A DNA stretch of 64,000 nt from Marsupella aquatica (taxonomy: Eukaryota > Plantae > Marchantiophyta): assembly GCA_973895155.1 (NCBI GenBank), contig OZ316897.1, positions 14,507,375 to 14,571,374 of the forward strand, in the 5' to 3' direction. Under the pieces are notes generated by a model that had not been told where the DNA came from, did no database searches, and was given only the letters and a program-made list of their open reading frames with translations. The translations under genes were made by a program, and so were the position numbers. Below, piece by piece: positions 40,195-54,100 of the stretch. Position 1 is the stretch's first letter; the number at the start of each line of letters is the position of its first letter.

Positions 40195-41619
40195 ATTTGA
40201 TAACTGCTCCTTGATGGATGCTTACTCCAGTTTACCCCAACAATGCTCGCTCCGAGATCCTGCAGGTACGTAACTGAAAAGGCAGAGAACAAACTGTTAT
40301 TTTACTCCCTACACAGAGATTCTGCAGAGATTACGCACAATTCCTGATGGCCAGATCTTTCGGCAGCATATACACATGGACTCGTTGGGAGCAAGGCTGG
40401 TTACGAACAAAAGAAAGACTCCTGTTTAAGTGAGTGACCCAGTGCCATAGTCGGGCAGATATTATGAGAGACATGACTCAGGCAGAGTGAAAAAAAGTTT
40501 CCAAACTCTGCGAAGATGAATCCCACACTTGCACTCAGGCGGACGACAAGAAAAAGGGACGCCCTTCACAGTAAGGGAAAGGCATGTCCGATCCTCCGAT
40601 ACTTTACACAAAGGGTAATTAGTAGGCTCTCTCTGTTAATGCCACTTTGTCCCCAATTTCCAAGGTCTGAGATCTTTCCGTTCTTTACATGCAACTGCAA
40701 AGACAACGATGCCAAAATCCTATGATGGTATTCATTGGCAAAATTGTTCACAACAATTCACAGAACATTCGAAAATCATCCCTCATCAACTATAGCATAC
40801 CACGCCACAAGAATCACGGCGGAAGTACTCCCAACCTCCTAGGCCAGTTGCGCAGCTACAACACCGTTACAAAATCAAAGATCGATTGAGCTGATAGATT
40901 CTGTGGAGATCTTTTACTTTAAAATATAACCACCAACGGAGCTCAATATACTCAACGGTCGAAGTCCCCTGCAAGTGCTGCGAGACCTGTGCTGCGAGAC
41001 CCGTGCAGATCCCAAATACCTTAGACTGTTTTTCTATCTCTCAGACCAAGTCCTAACCCCTAACCCTGAAACATCCCCGAAAGTACCCTCTTCTCCGACA
41101 TGCTTCAGCACTCTTTTTCAGCCTCGACAGCCTTACAGAGTAGAATCATCAACCTTCGCCAAAACCACCCCGAAATCTCTGGAGCTACGTCAATTCTCCT
41201 TTCCAACACTCTCCTTATGAGCCTCTTCTCAATGATAACCTCGGAACGGGGTAGAACCCCATCCAATTTTACAACATCGGTTCATTTCATTCACTCCAAA
41301 ACCTCTTCGACCCCGAATTGAACTCTCTGAACCGCTTCCCGTTCTACTCGTTCCACTCCAGGAGGAAATCAGACACAGAAATTCCACACAAACTTCGACA
41401 AAAAATAGAAACGAGAAGTTGTAAGCCCTCACCTTCCTCGCCTTGGCAAAACTCAAATCGCCCACTCAGATTCCCTTTCGTACGAGCACCGACCCACCCA
41501 ACCAATCGACCGATTTGCAGAGGAGGGAAAAGGACTACGCAATTTGCTTCGGAAAGATTTCTCGCTGCTCGACCTCCGCTCGCAACGTAACCTGTGTTCG
41601 CCAATGGGCACAGTGATGG

Positions 41620-42390
41620 GCGTGCATGAGAGCGAGAGGGAGAGATTTCTGTACTTGAGGAGCGAGAGAGAGAGAATTGTGCAGGAGAGAGGACGATGGA
41701 GAGTGGAGACGATGAAGAGCGAGACGGAGAGAGAGGGCGAGAGGGAGTGAGGAGCGAATTCAGCAGGAGAGAAGAGGATGGAGAGTGAAGACGAACAAAC
41801 AGAGTACTGATGAAGTGGAGATAGTCACAGTGAGCAAGAGAGAGAAGAATGGAGACGACCAACCAGTGAACTCTTGAAGAGGAGAGAGGCAGAGAGGCCG
41901 AGAGGCCGAGAGGCCGAGAGAGGGTGAGGAGAGAATTGAGCAAGATCTCGGAGGAGGGAGAGTGAAGGCAAACAAACAGTGTACAGACGAATTGGAGAGA
42001 GACAACTCAACATAGTACTTATTTTTGTGTCTTTGGGGAGACAATGATCCAGAAGGGTTTAGGCCCCTGCGCAATTAGCTGATCTCTCAGCTAGTTCCTT
42101 GTCGGAGTGCCCCACGGTCAGAGAGCGAGAGACAGCGAGGAGAGAATTGAGCAAGAGAGAGGAGGATGGAGAGTGAAGACGCCCAAACAGAGTACAGACG
42201 AATTGGAGAGAGACACAGAGAGCGAGAGACAGCGAGGAGAGAATTGAGCAAGAGAGAGGAGAATGGAGAAAGGAGAGTGGAGACGACCAAAATGAGTATT
42301 CCTGAAGAGGAGAGATTGAGGAGAGAATTGAGCACAAAGAGAGGGGCATGGAGAGTGGAGACGAACAAAGAGTAGTGATGATGAAGAGGA
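41620..42390. repeat. Purine-rich (GA) degenerate repeat block
   Basis: Recurrent ggagagaattgagcaagagagag...gatggagagtgaagacg units; the + strand is strongly G/A-skewed. Confidence 0.8.
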
Positions 42391-44601
42391 GCGAGGTGGG
42401 TCGACTGTAGATGAATTTGCCTCCTTCTTTTTGAATTCGAACTTTGCTGCTTTTGCTCTCCGCCCATCATTACTTCTCAGCTAAGTTTCGGCTGTCATAT
42501 AGTACAAGCAGTACTATCTTAGTGCCATCTGGGTTCGTGCTAAAACTAAATAAACCACGCCACGCGAGTGACATCTGGGTTCGTGCCAAAACTAAATAAC
42601 AACAGCAGTGGCCATATACGAGGGGAAGTATTCAGGGTTGAGGGTTTAACCCCAAAACCCTCCAAAAATTCCTCTTTTTCTCACATTACATTCACTTTTC
42701 CATTCTTGTGACTTATGCACAATTTCCAAGTGAGGAAATATTATTTAAAAAGATGAACGATTTTTGATTGTTTTCAAATTTCATAAAATGGAAACAAACT
42801 ATGGAATCTGCTAGGAAACGTTTTCAATTTGTAAAATGTTTTTATAAAGTTCAGAAAATAAAGGATTCTAGTTTAGTTTAAATCTCACCCAGAAGTGGCC
42901 AAGGCTTGTGGAAGAGGTGAGATTTGGCTCAACTAAACCCCCAAACTCTGGAGAATTTTAGCCAAAAGTGGCCCAAGCTTTGTGAACAACGTTAAACCAC
43001 CACTGTCCACCAAGTTTGTGGACTAAAACATATAACACTTTTTTTTCTGTCTCGAGCACATTTTTGGTTTATTAAAACACATTTTGGTTTATTTTGAGGG
43101 CCAACTCACATGTGAGCAGCCCTTGTGTTTTGAGGCCCTTTACCCTCACGACAATTTAGTAAAATTGAATCTGTACACTAAGTGTCATGTGCACTAGTGA
43201 GGTCCTCTACTCATCTTTGTGGTTTGCCCTGCATATATATTATACAGGGTCACAATGCAGGGAAGTGGCTCTGCGCAAAATGTGAACTTGCAAACTGGTT
43301 CACATGCACTTTCCAAAACATTGCAATTCCGCCTCACAAAAGCTGTTGCTCTGCATCACACAGACGCACTTATGATTGGAAACTGAATTCGCCCAGGCTC
43401 GCCGACTGTGCAGCAGGCCACAAATTGGAAAGGAAATCGAGCAAGTGACTAGTGGGGAACAAGGGAAAGTATGGGAAGCATATGTCGATAAATCAGTCAA
43501 AGGCAAGTTCTGATCAAGGAGGAGCATTCGTCGTTTCAGCAAGTTCTGATCGAGGAGCAATCGTCATTTCAGCATGCACCTTTCCTGGAAGACAGCACTA
43601 TCGGATGGCGGCGACTTCAATAAGCACAGCGCACTGACTCGCGATTGCCGAGCTCTCGAATTGAAAGGTACGTAGAGTTCACTGCGCAAGGTGAAAGTGA
43701 ATGGAATTGGAGGACTTCCACACCTCATTGCAATCGAAGGCAAAGTTGCCACTCAGCTTGGTTCGCTGTGTTCTTTGAGATTGAAGCTCGAGAGCTGCAA
43801 AGTCAGAAGCACTTGATAATTCATTTCAGTTTCATTTGTAAGTTACGGAAACCGGCATTTTACAGAGTGACTACCAGGAGCGAAACAAGCGCACGGCAAA
43901 ACATGCAATGGCACTGTTGCGACATGACTGTTACTTTTGGGCATTTGTTTTATATGGAAGTTTGATTTCCTAACTTTCTGCCGTCAGGACTAGCAGGGGA
44001 GGAGGTGACGACATCTTGGGCTCATGCACTGATATGCTGCCGCGAGTCAATTTTAGGGCCGCAAAGGGTAGGGTCGCTCACATGGGAGTCACTTGGATCC
44101 ACCATGTTTTGCTTCGGGGACAGTGGAGCTTTTAAGTACCCCAAAGTGTGCAAAGTACACTCTAGAGTATTGATACAAAATCTTCATCATATTTTCTTTC
44201 TTTGTTCGAACACTGTACGTTCCACTCTTGAATTCCTGGAATCTGAGCTTTCTGTGAAGTCGAACCTTTTGCTTGATCAAGCACAAGATTGTCCCATATC
44301 TTCTTCCCTTCCTTCCTTTTCCAGCCAGAACTTAGCCTCAAGAAGCCAGGACCCATGCTAGAGCTCCCCTCCAAGTAAACCCACCAACCAGCCATTGATT
44401 GAAGCTTAAGTAGGAACTGTGCAAGTCTCTGAACAACTTGATAGGAGTGATTGGGTTCTGTGGGCTTGTGAGGACACTAATCACTTGGAGTACTTGTTTG
44501 CTTGGGAACGGAGGTGGATGACTTTTAGAATGACAGAACCTACTATTCCAATCACGGCGTCAGCCCAAGCATTGTCGTCTCCCCCATACCACGGCAAGAT
44601 C

Positions 44602-47600
44602 TCACTTTTGTAGAGCAGCTTTTCCGTCCGCATCTCCTGAGCTTGCTCTTGTGAAGTTTTTGGAGGAACCGTACCTCAGAGCTGCTGATCGGTACACATC
44701 TGCATGAGCTTGAATAGAAGCTGCAAGGACAAGGATACACCAGGATGTAAGCAACAGAACAAGCGTCGAAGAGGATTACTCAAGATTCGGAATGGAGGAT
44801 GGAGGAGAAGACAAGGTTAGATTCGGCGCAGCAGATCAACTCTCCAAGCCTTAAAGAAGGTATAACCAGGAATCCGCATACCAGAAACTGCCAGAAATGA
44901 AACTTGAAGAAAGGCTGCAATGCACCGCACAAACAAACCGTGGACCCAACAGTGAAAACAAATGCAAAGGAAGTGATGGAAATGGAAACCAAACTTTTCA
45001 TAGAATGTACTTATACCATCACTAGGACGAGAATAACCACCTCCCATGGTAATCACCAATGGTAGGTTACGTTCTAAACACGCGCTGTAAACGGCATTAT
45101 TCCTCCGAAGCAACCCCTCCCTGCAAGATAAACAGGGATTGCCAATAAGAAATTTCCAACGTTTAATGGTAATGTACAATTCTCTCCCTCAGAGAAACAT
45201 CAACAATACCAGCAGGGATGCAGTACATTGAGCCTTAGCTATCCCAGCTGTTGCTGACAATGATCAGTCTATAGATCCGTGTTTGGAGTTTCCAAATAAT
45301 AAATCCCTTTGCTCTCAAGATCAAGTGACTGCAGCTGAAAACTCTAGGTACTTGTTCCGCATGAGATACCTCGTCAATGACAGTCGACCAAAACTATCTA
45401 ACTAAAGTGCATCTACTCCAGCCTGCGCAGCTCCAACGAAATATTGTAAATGATTAGGAAAATCGTCCCTTGAAGATTAAAGGTTTGGTGCAACCTAGGA
45501 AGGATAAAAGAACAAGACAAAGGCTTGAGAAGAACATGTCAAGAGGCAGTGACAGCTTCTCCTTGCGTCTAGAATGGCTGCCGTACCAGCGAAAGAGAAA
45601 AATAAAAGAAGAGGAATTGTGCAGGTACAAACCAGTGACTTATTAGATTCAAGGATTAGCAGGGCGTCCGCAAGGCTAGAATTTCAAGCACACCAGAAAG
45701 CTTGCGATAGTCTAAACTTGCTATAGAAGTACCTGAAAGAAAACTAAGGACGGATTGTGTTCTTCAAAAATCCTGGGTAGCCACTGGCTTAATATTGATA
45801 AATATTCATCATCACCAGTATCATCCGGTAAGTCAACATCATAATTTGACTTCATTTTTGTGCGCCACGGGTAGTTTTTTTCTCCATGCATGCTGAATGT
45901 TATCACTCGATCATCTTGTTCAAAAATTTTAGCTGTTCCATTTCCCTGTACAAAGTTGCACAGCGTCAGAGAATGCAGATGAAAATTTTATATGACAGGA
46001 GTTCCGAGCAAGGGAAGTATTAGAATTTTAGGCCAAGATACGATTTTATGTTGGCCAGCAGGAATCATTGCGTAGAAGTAGGAGGTTGACTTTTGATTTC
46101 ACAGAGAGATGAAGAAGAACATAGCATTACAAATACAAGGGACAAAATGCCCAACCTGGTGCACATCCAGATCGATGACCAGGATTGGAGAGTCTAAATT
46201 ACAAGATTCAGGATATTCTTTTAATGCCACCATAGCTGCAACTGCAATGTCATTGTAGACACCTGAACATCACTAGACACAAATCACAAATCACCATATG
46301 TAATATTGAAACTCAGCCACGATGCTGGTAAGAACCAATCCGTGACAACGAAACAGAGAAAATTTCACAGGCACGGCAATATACCTAAAATGGCGACAGC
46401 GTGGTTCTCAGCTCAAGTGGCCACAAAACGTAATTGCTGCATATAATTTGAAGAGATCTAGGCTAAGAGGGTTTCATACAAAAGCCTTCGCCATGGCCAC
46501 TAAAGGCATGGTGCGTGCCCCCAGCAATGTTTCCGGCAGCTCTTGCTACCCCCAACATAGCAGCATGCATTGCTGCTATTGTTCCTCTACACAGATAGAA
46601 ACAAATTTGCACATCACTCCTCGATTGGACTGCACTAGTTACTTCCCCCCCACAAAAGTATGGTACTTACAGCAAAAAGATGAAACAATACAGGGGAGAT
46701 GCTATCAAAGAAGCTCTACAACGTAGCAATCAAGGAAACACTATCAGATTCTCAAAGAGCACAACGTGTAAGCGAATACAAGCAACTGTCACGAGTTTTG
46801 CAAAGGCATTGTAAACATCGTGAAAGGCCTTGACATACCCACATGAGGCAGATGATCGCTTTACTAATTCTGGACTCCAAGGGAAACCCACAGCCCTTTG
46901 TTCTTGAGCATCCAAATCGCCTGTGTGGATCTTTTGAATATACCTGGGGGAAGATTTCCGCTCAATGTCGTCAGCAGAGACAAAATGTCTTGAACGACGA
47001 CAAGGATACAAAGGACAAATGATAAGAGATATAACATCAAATCTTATCCTGACATCCTCATCTTGCAAGGATATCAATCAATCTAGTCTCGGGTTCCACG
47101 GATATTATTTTGTTTAAGACTGAGTGGTGAGTACCTTTTCTCATGCACCAAACGCAGCTCCTCCTCAGATGCTTGGGGTCCTGGGCGTGTCACAAGGATG
47201 TTGCGAAGCGAAGCGTCTTCCTCCAGCAACATCCTCGTAGCTCGGTATCTGCAACATGAAATAACGGGGGATCCTCAGTACGGTTCCTTACCCGTAAGAG
47301 CGATACAGAGCTTTAGAGGCAACTTGAAAACAGCGGAAATGACAAATGGAATAGATAAACTGACTCAGCTTCCCATAGGATCTAGTAGTTCTGTTTTCAG
47401 GAGATGAACTGTATTACAAGTACTTATGATTCAAATGTAAACCGGGACCTCACACAAGCAGTATAGTGGAGCGGAGAAAAGACATGCTGAAATTTGGTTG
47501 GATTGAAATGTTGAAAACGAATAACTTTTGGCATCACTTAAGACCATGGGATACAACCAATGTACACGTCAACAGGGCTCCAAAGGCAAACTGGTGAAGG

Positions 47601-49153
47601 TCACAGAGTACGAATAAGAGATATCCAGCGGGTGATGATAACTGACAAAGCTACAAGTTAAATTATTAATGGTGTGACTTGCGGATTAAGCAATGGAACA
47701 TAGAAAGAGATGCTTGCTTGGATTTTAAATAGAGAGTAGCGTTACTTGGTCATGGGAAACCGATGGTCAGGTGGCAAAGGTACGACATGGTGATCTGCAT
47801 AGAAGGCCAGCAACCCTGCACAATGTTTTACTGCCAGGGCGGCTTCTCTCGTGCTCGATTTATGGTCGACATTATAGGAAGGCTCTCCAGATCCATTCAA
47901 ACTGAGACATCGCATTCTGAGCACTTGGTCACCTGTGACAGAATCAGGTCAGCTTTCCAATCGAACTTGTGACAAACATTGTGAAGAGACGATTCTTCAC
48001 ATTGTCCCTTGCAAGAAACCATGGGATCACATCGAGTTGACTAGCATATTTGTTAGAAAAAAAAATTACAATAGATCTCGTTCAACTCAATCAATTTCAT
48101 GCTTTAGAGATTGAACAAATCAAGCTCGTTCCCAGATGACACATATGCTGCCCAAATTCAATGATGTAGGTGCTTGTAAGAATTCTTACGGCTCACAGAT
48201 TGATATAACGGCTGTCTCGGTATTATTCGAGGTCAATCCTAATCCAGAAATCCCCAGTGAAGTTTACATCCAACAGTATTTGCAGATTATGTTTAGTGCA
48301 ACAAAGCCCTCACCAGCTTCTTCTACGCTGGCTTAGAGACCATTCCTTTGTCAACTTTGTCCTTGTGTAAATACAGCTCCAGCCAACATAATATCAGAGC
48401 TTCAGTGAAAAACTTTCATTCAGCTCTCGCTTTTTTAGGTTTCCTGGAACGTAAAATTTACATTTATGTTTGTGACATTGGTAAACGCCCCATAATGCAA
48501 GACAGAGTCCGGCATCAGTTCATCGTTTTCAAGAAAAGCGAATCCATATTCGCATCATCCAAGCAGTTTCTCCAACCGAAGTAGTTTGTTATTCTCTCTA
48601 ACCGAAGTACTATCTTGCTATCATTGACATTCGAGCGAATTCAATTCTCTTATCTGGCCACATCGTCTCTAAGTCTGACTGCTAAGGAACAGACTGACCA
48701 GCAGATTGAGTCTCTGATTTAAATCTCAATCTCATGAAACTGAGATTCTGTTCACGTGTGTCTTTGACGGCGAAGAGAACGGTTCAGTCAATCATTCGTT
48801 ATGAATTATCCCTTCCAAAGCTGTCTCGGTCTAGAACAGTGTCAGCAACCACTCTTACAAACTCTCACAGCAATTTTGCGACGCAAAACATAGTGGCAAG
48901 GTCGGATGTAGACGAAAATCTTACAATGTGGTGAGTTCCTCCAGGAATTCAGAGACGATGTAAACGCCAAACTGCTTGGCTGCCATCCTACTGTCCCTGA
49001 CTTCGACCTGCAAACACCCACAGACACAGCAAAGGGCTTCGAGAACAGATGCTGAATTGTGCCATGCACCCCAGTTGTCACCACGCGTTTCCAGGCACTT
49101 GAAACGGTAGACATTGTTCTTGCTGCAAAGCCCATCGAAGTGACGGACAGCAT
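44602..49153 (-). CDS. Zn-dependent histone-deacetylase-family protein (class IV/bacterial-like), probable organellar presequence, about 10 exons
   Basis: Spliced motifs PLPPDHRFPMTKY, GGTHHA, GFCVYND, DLDVHQGNGT, HGEKNYP, FQAGVD and MGGGY. First in-frame ATG at 49153; stop at 44602. Confidence 0.88.
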
Positions 49154-50474
49154 GGTTTGGCAGGAAGGCAAACGCGAGCTAGGGAGCTGCACGACAGAAA
49201 GCGAATTGAATGTTGCTGCTGACCATTTCGTCGGTAATTTGGTTGGGAGATGATTTCGAAGTCCTCGCTTGCTGTTCTATGGCTTGAAGCTCGCCGCGAT
49301 GGTGGTATTTTGTCTTTTGGGATGATTGCTCTGGCCATTCAGGGAACCACAAAATGGCCATCAATGTATAAAATCTATCCAGCTGTGGATTTGCTTTCTT
49401 GAGTCGAGGGTTGCACGATAGTCAGTCCAAGTAAAGATCTTAGTGCAACCCTGCCTTCAGAACAAAGTACATGTATGAGGGTTTATGTCACCTCTTCTGA
49501 TGTAATTTGTCAAATTTTGCACTGATTTTTGGAATATGTGAAATAATGGTAGGCCCATTCTGTGTGGATGGGTGGCTTCGATGAGAGGTTGCAACATGCA
49601 AACCCCATTTGATTCGTTGTTTTCCTGTCTCTACCCAACTTTTTGGTTAGGTGTATGTTGTGAGTAGACTATCAGTACTCTTTTTCGTTAGGTGTATGTT
49701 GTGAGTAGGCTATCTTAGTCAGTACAGTGACTCCGTGTCCCATATTTGGATTTAATTTCGGTGGAGGCATCGACTTCTCTGCTCGTCTTTTCTTTGGGGC
49801 TCTTAGTTTCATTGGAAACTGAATGTTTTCCTTGGGAATTCGCCTTTGTTAGCTTAGACTCTCAACAAAAAAGACTTTCTACTGTTCTCGGGATTCCTAA
49901 TCAGATACAATATGCTTGGCTACTTCCATGTTTTTCAACAAACTTGATTGGACACCCTTGTGCATGAGTAATCATACCGTTTTTCCACGTTGTCTCATCC
50001 AATCTTCCTTGGTGAGCCATAGGGTGCGCTCAGAGAGTTTTCTCTAAAGCAAAAATCCAAGATTGCCCCAGAGTCATTTTGGGCTTTAGACTAGATGAGT
50101 AGCATTCTTATAAAACAACCAGAAGTACTAATCTCAGTTCATCCCCATACGCTGTTTGCCTCCTTCAAAAGAACGAATCCAGAGTGAACTCACACCCATG
50201 AAAAAAGTGCTCAACGAGGTATGCCAGGGCTACTATAGTGAGGTACTGTAATCTGGCCCCAGCAATCACTTGCACTTGTTTCGTGGAAAGGACACATGAT
50301 GAGACGGAATCAATAAAAACTTATTGAGTGATGTCCTTGAAAAGGAACAAAAACATCTGACAATACGGCAATAATGTACACTCCTCATCACAACACTTTG
50401 CTTTCCTTCATTCTGGGCAGGGAGGCGATACTCACCTGGACAGCACTGATATCACAAAAGAGGTAAGAAAAATC

Positions 50475-51104
50475 GTCTGATGCACGTCAGAACTACCGAA
50501 CCCCATCACTCATAGTTCTACAAAGCCAACAGGTTCTGACTTAAAAATTGTAATAACTAGTGGCCTTCGGAGCACCTGAATATCGTCGAGTGCCCTAAAA
50601 CAGCCACACATAAAGCCCCAACTATTATTAGCCCATCTCTGTATTCAAATTGTCCTGAAAGGTACTCGTCAAAAGATAACAAGAAAAGTCTGATGCTCAT
50701 CAGAACTACCGAACCCCATCACTCATAGTTCTACAAAGCCAACAGGTTCTGACTTAAAAATTGTAATATCTAGTGGCCTACGGAGACCCTAAATATCGTC
50801 GAGTGCCCTAAAATAGCCATATATAAACCCCAAGTATGCTTGGCCCATCTCTATATTCGAATTCTGCTGAAAGGTGCTAGTCAAAAGATAACAAAAAAAG
50901 TCTGATGCTCATCAGAACTACCGAACCCCACCACTCATAGTTCTACAAAGCCAACAGGTTCTGACTTTAAAATTGTAATATCGAGTGGCCTTGGGAACCT
51001 CAAGATCGTCAAGTGCCCTAAAATAGCCACATATTAAGCCCCAACCGTACTTGGCCCATCTCTATATTCAAATTCTGCTGAAAGGTACTAGTCAAAAGGT
51101 AACA
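50475..51104. repeat. ~212-bp tandem repeat x3
   Basis: gtctgatgc..tcagaactaccgaacccc starts at 50475, 50688 and 50900, with high identity. Confidence 0.92.
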
Positions 51105-51179
51105 ATTTGTTCCGGTATCCTGCTCCCCTCCTCGACGTCAGGAAAAAAATTGCTGATGCTCGGATATCCCTACAGCAGC

Positions 51180-54100
51180 CTATTGGAGAATTGTATGTCG
51201 CTCGTTGAAGTGGTGGATCAGAAATTGCGACGTCATCTGTAGATTCATCAGATGAAGGAAAAACCTCGTCCAAAATGAGTGAGAAGAAACATCCAACAAC
51301 CATACTTAATAAACGAAAGAAGTAACAGCACCTATTTCTCTATCTCTAAAGTCACGTGTCTGCATAAATTCACAAAAACTTTTCTTCTCTTGTAATATAG
51401 ATGACGTGAAATGGGGGTCATCACCAAGAGATGGGCAGACGAGTGTCTCCCAAGGAAAATCTTGGAGTTGGAAGACTATAATAAACACTGTCCACATGCA
51501 AAACTTTTAATAAGTGGGATGGATACAAATATGTCCATGCATAGGCAACAGGAGATGTCAACCACCCATGGAAGAACAGGCTTCAGCCGGCTCCACCCCA
51601 CACCACGTACCAAGATGCTACCGAGATATGCGGTATTCCCAAGAAACGCAAACACTACTGTTTGTACCGATACCCCGATTACAAAGTCACGAGACCAATT
51701 CAGGATGATTTGAGGTAAACGCCCAGTCAAATAAATGCATGTCATAAGCCATCCCAAAATCAAACCAACAGATTGTGCAATGTCCTTTCCATAATCTTCC
51801 TGCCAAGACATATAACACTGTCAAACGCGAGCAGAGCCAGAAGCAAGATCTTAGCTAATATTCTAGATGGGAGCTGTGTAAGGTGTAGATTAAGAATGCA
51901 AGCATACTTATTGAACCGACTTGGAATGCTTCAATCACCTTCCTACGATACCTTGGACCCAACTCGTAAAAGCGTAAACTTGTGGATAACAAGATAAACT
52001 TCACCGCCTATAACCAATTTCTATTCATATTACAACCATACCTGTAGCAGCTGCCTCCTTTCACCTCCAACCAACAACAAAGTACCTTGTTGTTTCAAAC
52101 CTTGCTTTCCATCAAAAGGAGAGAGGGCACTGACAGTGACTCCAACGACAACCAATGAGGAGAATATGAGCTGCACAGAAGCATCACAGCAGTCTTACAT
52201 ATACAATCATATCTCACTTGTGGTGAAACTGTTACAGACTAAACAAGGACAACAACTACAACCATTAGCAACAGGCAAATCTTCGTCAACTGGTTGAGTT
52301 ATCAATGACCATATGAAAATTCTGCTGAATGGATGTCTTCTCTTGACACAACCTCACTCTCCGAATATGAAAATACCAATGCCCTTAGAGAGCATTCCAC
52401 TTGGAAAGGAGCTCTAACTTGTCGCTCTAACTTGTCGAACAAGAACAGTGGAGCATTCAAAGGAATTATACTGAATTGATTACCAAAGTGCAAAAGTTGT
52501 CAGAAAGAAGAAGGAACTGAAAGTACAAGATACAGGGATGTACACTATAGATAGTAACTGAAGATTTGCTGATTTGCTAATCTATCAACGAGAACACTAC
52601 ACAGCCTGAGAATCTGGCGAAGTCAATCCCAGGAAAATGGATTCATCAAGGTGAGGAGGGCTAAGCTCACAAGCACTAGAAGCACAGGAGACTTCCAAGA
52701 CCAGCGCATCCCATTATGAGTTGTCCATGGGCCCCACATTGAGACATGCAATAAAACATACATCATAACCAGTGCAACATACCCCTCTGGCAGTAGGGCT
52801 TGCACTTCCACTCAATGAACTTGACAGTGTGAGTCGTCTCCAGCTGCCTGAATACGCAATCGGTGAGCTGTACGTCCGTCACGAAAGCCGTCAATTTTCA
52901 CTCTTTGCTAAACCTAAACAACAACAAAAAACAGAGGAATAAATAGAAAGCAAACAAACAAACAAATCAACTACTTACCGCGTACTTGATTGTGCAGTTG
53001 AAGAGTCCGTGTGTGCTCCTAATTTCCTGTAGCGAATACATCAAGTGCTGTGATTCAGAAGGAGAAACACAGCAGTTGAATTGTCTGCATTCTATTTTCT
53101 GAATTCTCCAATCAGTCACGGAAGACAAATGAAGCAACGTCATTTACCGTGAATATGGTCTGACGGGCAAAGAGGCTGTCACATGTAATGGGGGCCTCCC
53201 AGTATTATTCATTACAGGTAAACTTTGAGTGAGAGGTGTAACGGACAATGTTGCATCAGAATTGAAGGAATCTTCCAAATCACTAGACCCTCTTGGGGGC
53301 CTTGCATTGGACCGCCCACGACCAAGCTGAGGGTATAAAACAAGCCAGAAGAACTGGTATCAGCCTTTCACACTGGAGAGCGCACTTAGTCAAGTGATGG
53401 ACAAACAACTTCATCATGAGACTACATTCATAATTTGCAAAGCTCAAGAGGGAGTCTCACCAGTGCTTCATCAGCAGGCGACTTGGTTGAATCTTGAGAA
53501 CAAGTACACGTAGACCACAGTTGCTTCACCACAAGCAGAATTGTCGTGGAAGAGTACAGCTGCGAGCCATTACAAGCATTGAAGGCATCTGTGAGAAGAG
53601 CGTGCATATCTTTCAAATCAGGCCACGAACAAATGCCCTCAAACCTGAGAAGCAAGAGTTGACCTGAAACCTGATCTGTCGCAGACGAGTTCAAATTCAA
53701 ATCAAGATCCGCCGTGGTGAGTTCCAGCAATACTGGCTTACCGCAAGTTTTTGTGCCAACAACACATACAAGTTTGGCGCAAATGACCATCTTCATTGAT
53801 TTGATGGAATCACATTTGGAATGTCCTGACTTTGACTTTGAATTCAAAATTAACATAATCACATGTGATTGACAATTTTCGTTCAATTAAAAAATTGAAA
53901 AGATTGAACCAAATTAGTTGAATTGGATGGTAATTGGTGGGCTGAGTCAAAATTAACCACATCGGGCGCAAGTGCTTGGCTGTTTTTACAGGGAGAAATT
54001 TACACCATTGTAGAATATATTTGTGAACCGCTCTTACGCTCTATCTTCATTTCCTTCCTTCGAACTACACTCTTGGTGCATCATATGTGAAGAGATTGGT

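Noticed and set aside
41344-42470. Leu/Ser-rich ORFs up to 199 aa
   Set aside because: Artefacts of the CT/GA low-complexity tract.
50686-50756. Box C/D snoRNA-like layout in the 212-bp unit
   Set aside because: Box C is imperfect (CTGATGC) and I recognised no rRNA guide.
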